A DNA stretch of 64,000 nucleotides, from contig NC_087436.1 in assembly GCF_036321535.1 (NCBI RefSeq), positions 58,964,001 to 59,028,000 of the forward strand, in the 5' to 3' direction. Within the stretch, counting starts at the first letter, position 1. Every line of letters begins with the position of its first letter. This DNA comes from Camelus dromedarius (taxonomy: Eukaryota). The notes beneath the pieces were generated by a model that had not been told where the DNA came from, did not search any database, and was given only the letters and a program-made list of their open reading frames with translations. Positions 61,301 through 64,000 of this stretch are shown piece by piece. The position numbers and the translations under genes were made by a program.

Positions 61301-64000
61301 ATTTTCTTAAATTTACTGAGACTTATTGTGTGGCCTACCATGGGCTCCAACCTGGCAATGTTCCCTGTGCACATGAAAAAAATGTATATAATGCTGCTTT
61401 TGGATGGAATGTCCATATATATATATATATATATATATATGGCCTATTTTTCTCAGAGGTCATTTAAGGTCAGTGTTTTCTTATTGAATTTCTGTCTGTA
61501 TGATCTGTCCATTAATGTAAGTGGAGTGGTAAAGTCCCCTACTATTATTGTCTTACTGTCAATTTCTCCCATTATATATGTTAAAATTTGCTTCAAGTAT
61601 TTAGGTGATTCTATGTTGGGTGAATATATATTTACAGTTGTGATTTAGTCTTCTTATATTTATTCCCTGATCATTATGCAATGTCCTTCATTATTCTTGT
61701 TACAGTCTTTGTTTTAAAGTCTATTTTGTCTGGATATAAGTATTGCTACTCTGGCTTTCTTTTCATTTCTTTTTACATGGAATACCTTTTTCCATCTTCT
61801 CACTTTCAGTCTGTGTGTATCTGAAGTGAGTCTCTTATAAGCAGCATATCTATGGGTCTTGTTTTTTACCCATTCAGCCATTTTATATTTTTTGACTATA
61901 GCATTTAGTACATTTTTATGTAAAGTATTTATTGATAGGTATGTACTATTACAATTTTGTCAGTTTTTTTCTATTTCTTTTTTGTTCCTTTCTTTGTCTT
62001 TTATTCTCTTCTCTTGTGATTTGATGACTATCTTTAGTGTTACGTTTGAAATCCTTTCTCTTTTTGTGTGTGTGTGTCTATTACATATTTTTGATTCCTG
62101 GTTACCATGTTGTTTATATATAGCAATCTATGTATACAGGTGATTATTTTAAATTGATAATCTTTTAATTTAAAAACATTTTAATAACATTCCTTTTTAA
62201 CTCTTTTCCCCATGATTACTGTTTTTGACATCACATTTTACATCTTTTATGTGTATCCCTTAACTACTTATTGTGGATATTGATGATTTTACTACTTTTG
62301 TCTTTTAACCTTCCTACTAGATTTCTATGTGTTGATTTACTTCCTTTACTGTATATTTGCTTTTACCAATGATCATTTTCCTAATAATTTTCTTATTTTT
62401 GGTTTTGGCCCTATCTTTTTCACCTAGAGAAGTCCCTTTAAGATTTCTTGTAAAGCTGAACTTTTGGTGGTGCTGAACTCTTTTGTTTTTTCTTGTTTGA
62501 TCTCTCCATCAAATCTGAATGAAAGCCTGCTGGGTAGAGTATTTTTTGTTGTATGTTTTTCCCTTTCATCACTTTAGATATATTATGCCACTCCCTTCTG
62601 TTCTGAAGATGTCCTTCTGTCCTCCCTGTCTGGGAGTGCCCTTGTACATAATTTGCTGCTTTTCCTTTCTGCTTATAATATTCTCTCTTCATGGTTAATG
62701 TTTATCATTTTACCTACAATGTATCTTGGTGTAGTACTCTTTGGGTTGATCCTGTGTGGAACTCTTTATGCATCCTGGATCTGAATGTTTGTTTCCTTTC
62801 CTAGGTTAGGGAAGTTTTCAGCTATTGTATCTTCAAATATGTTCTCTGCCCCTTTCTCTCTCCTCTTTCTGGGATCTCTATAATGCTAATGTTAGTATGC
62901 TTAATGTGATCTGAGAAGTCTCTTAAACTGTCCTAATTTCTTTTTATGTTTTTTTTTCTTTTTTTCTGTTGAGCTTCAGCGATTTGCATTACTCTGTCTT
63001 CCAGCTCACTGATCTGTTATTCTGTATCCTTTAATAGATTGCTGATTCCTTATAGTTTGTTTTTTATTTCAGTTATTCTTCAGCTCTGTTTGGTTCTTCT
63101 TTATATCTTCTAACTCTTCAGCTTTTCACTGTGTTCATCCATTCTTCTTTTGAGTCTTTGAACATCTTTATAATTATTATCTTCAACTCCTTCTTAGGTA
63201 AATTGCCTATCTCTACTTCACATAGTTCTTCTTCTGGTAGTTTATTGTGTTCCTTCATTTGGAGCATGGTTCTCTGTTGCCTTACTTTGCCTACCTTGCT
63301 GTTTTTATTTCTATGTATATGGTAGGTTGGTTATGTTTCCCAACCTTGGAGAAGTTGCCTTTTGCAGGCACATCCTATGCATCCCAGAAGCACACTCCCC
63401 TCTGGTCACCAGTGCTATATGCTCTAGGGGTGCCACACGTGTGGGCTGTGAGGGTTCTTCTGGTGTGGTGGGCTGACTACTATGGCCAGTCTGGTAAGTT
63501 TGATTGGCCCCCTGCCAGATTGGTTGCCAGATGCTGCCTTGTGTGGAGGCTTTTGGCCATTTGTTGGTGGGACCAGGTCATGAGGTGACTGGCTGCAGAA
63601 CCCAGGGGGTCCTGGGGCCAGTGCTGGCCCACTGATGGGCAGTTCCTGGGGTCTAGGGTGGCTGATTATAGGATTGGGGTTCCTAGATTTAGTGCTGACC
63701 TGCTGGTGGATGGGATGACTACTGACATGGCTGGCTGCAGATTCCATGGTGTCTCAATGCTGGTGCTGGCTTGCTGGTGAGTAGGGCTGGATCTCAGGGC
63801 AGCTAGAGGAGGGTTCCAAGAGCTGTCTCAGAGCTGATCTTAGCCTGCTGATAGACAGGGCCAGGACCCAGGATGTCTCAATGTTAGTGTCAGCTTATAG
63901 ACAGGGCCAGGACCCAGGATGTCTCAATGTTAGTGTTGGCTTACTGGACTGAGTCCCAGGTTCTCTAGCTGAAGGGCCCTTGGTGTCCTGAAACTGGTGT
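58315..64000 (-). mobile_element. Long LINE-1 (3'UTR, ORF2, ORF1, 5' region), degenerate, runs off window end
   Basis: ORFs 59299-59520 (KETKAKINKWDL) and 59921-60163 ([23 protein letters not shown]...RWKDIPCSW); ORF1-like RREWHNISKVMKGKNIQQKILYPA at 62438-62692. Confidence 0.95.
63851..63942 (+). repeat. 46-bp direct tandem duplication in L1 5' region
   Basis: ATAGACAGGGCCAGGACCCAGGATGTCTCAATGTTAGTGT(CA/TG)GCTT twice; first 40 bp identical. Confidence 0.95.

Noticed and set aside
63851..63942. CRISPR-like repeat
   Set aside because: Two adjacent units without spacers inside a mammalian L1.

Overview
AT-rich, repeat-dense mammalian genomic DNA, probably camelid (inferred from a Vic-1-like tRNA-derived SINE at 838-975). 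I find no intact protein-coding gene, RNA gene or CRISPR array, and the supplied ORFs are mostly transposon remnants or chance frames. Most of the window is interspersed repeat: young and old LINE-1 (mostly minus strand, several internally deleted or inverted), HAL1/old L1 ORF1-like remnants, L2, MIR, MaLR/ERV solo LTRs, a near full-length Tigger1 with a Tigger1-derived MITE, and a MER81-like element. The most interesting signal is in the non-repeat gaps. A dozen or more + strand segments (about 790-48450) have splice-like boundaries and translate into E/K/Q/L/N-rich, coiled-coil-like peptides broken by stops, frameshifts and transposon insertions. This suggests a decayed multi-exon gene (unitary pseudogene) that I cannot name; the call is inference and needs a homology search. 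Structural oddities include three solo LTRs stacked in about 120 bp of one host L1, a head-to-head pair of L1 3' ends and a twin-primed L1. Repeat family names come from recognising consensus motifs by eye, not from a database run, and boundaries are approximate unless TSDs/TIRs are quoted.
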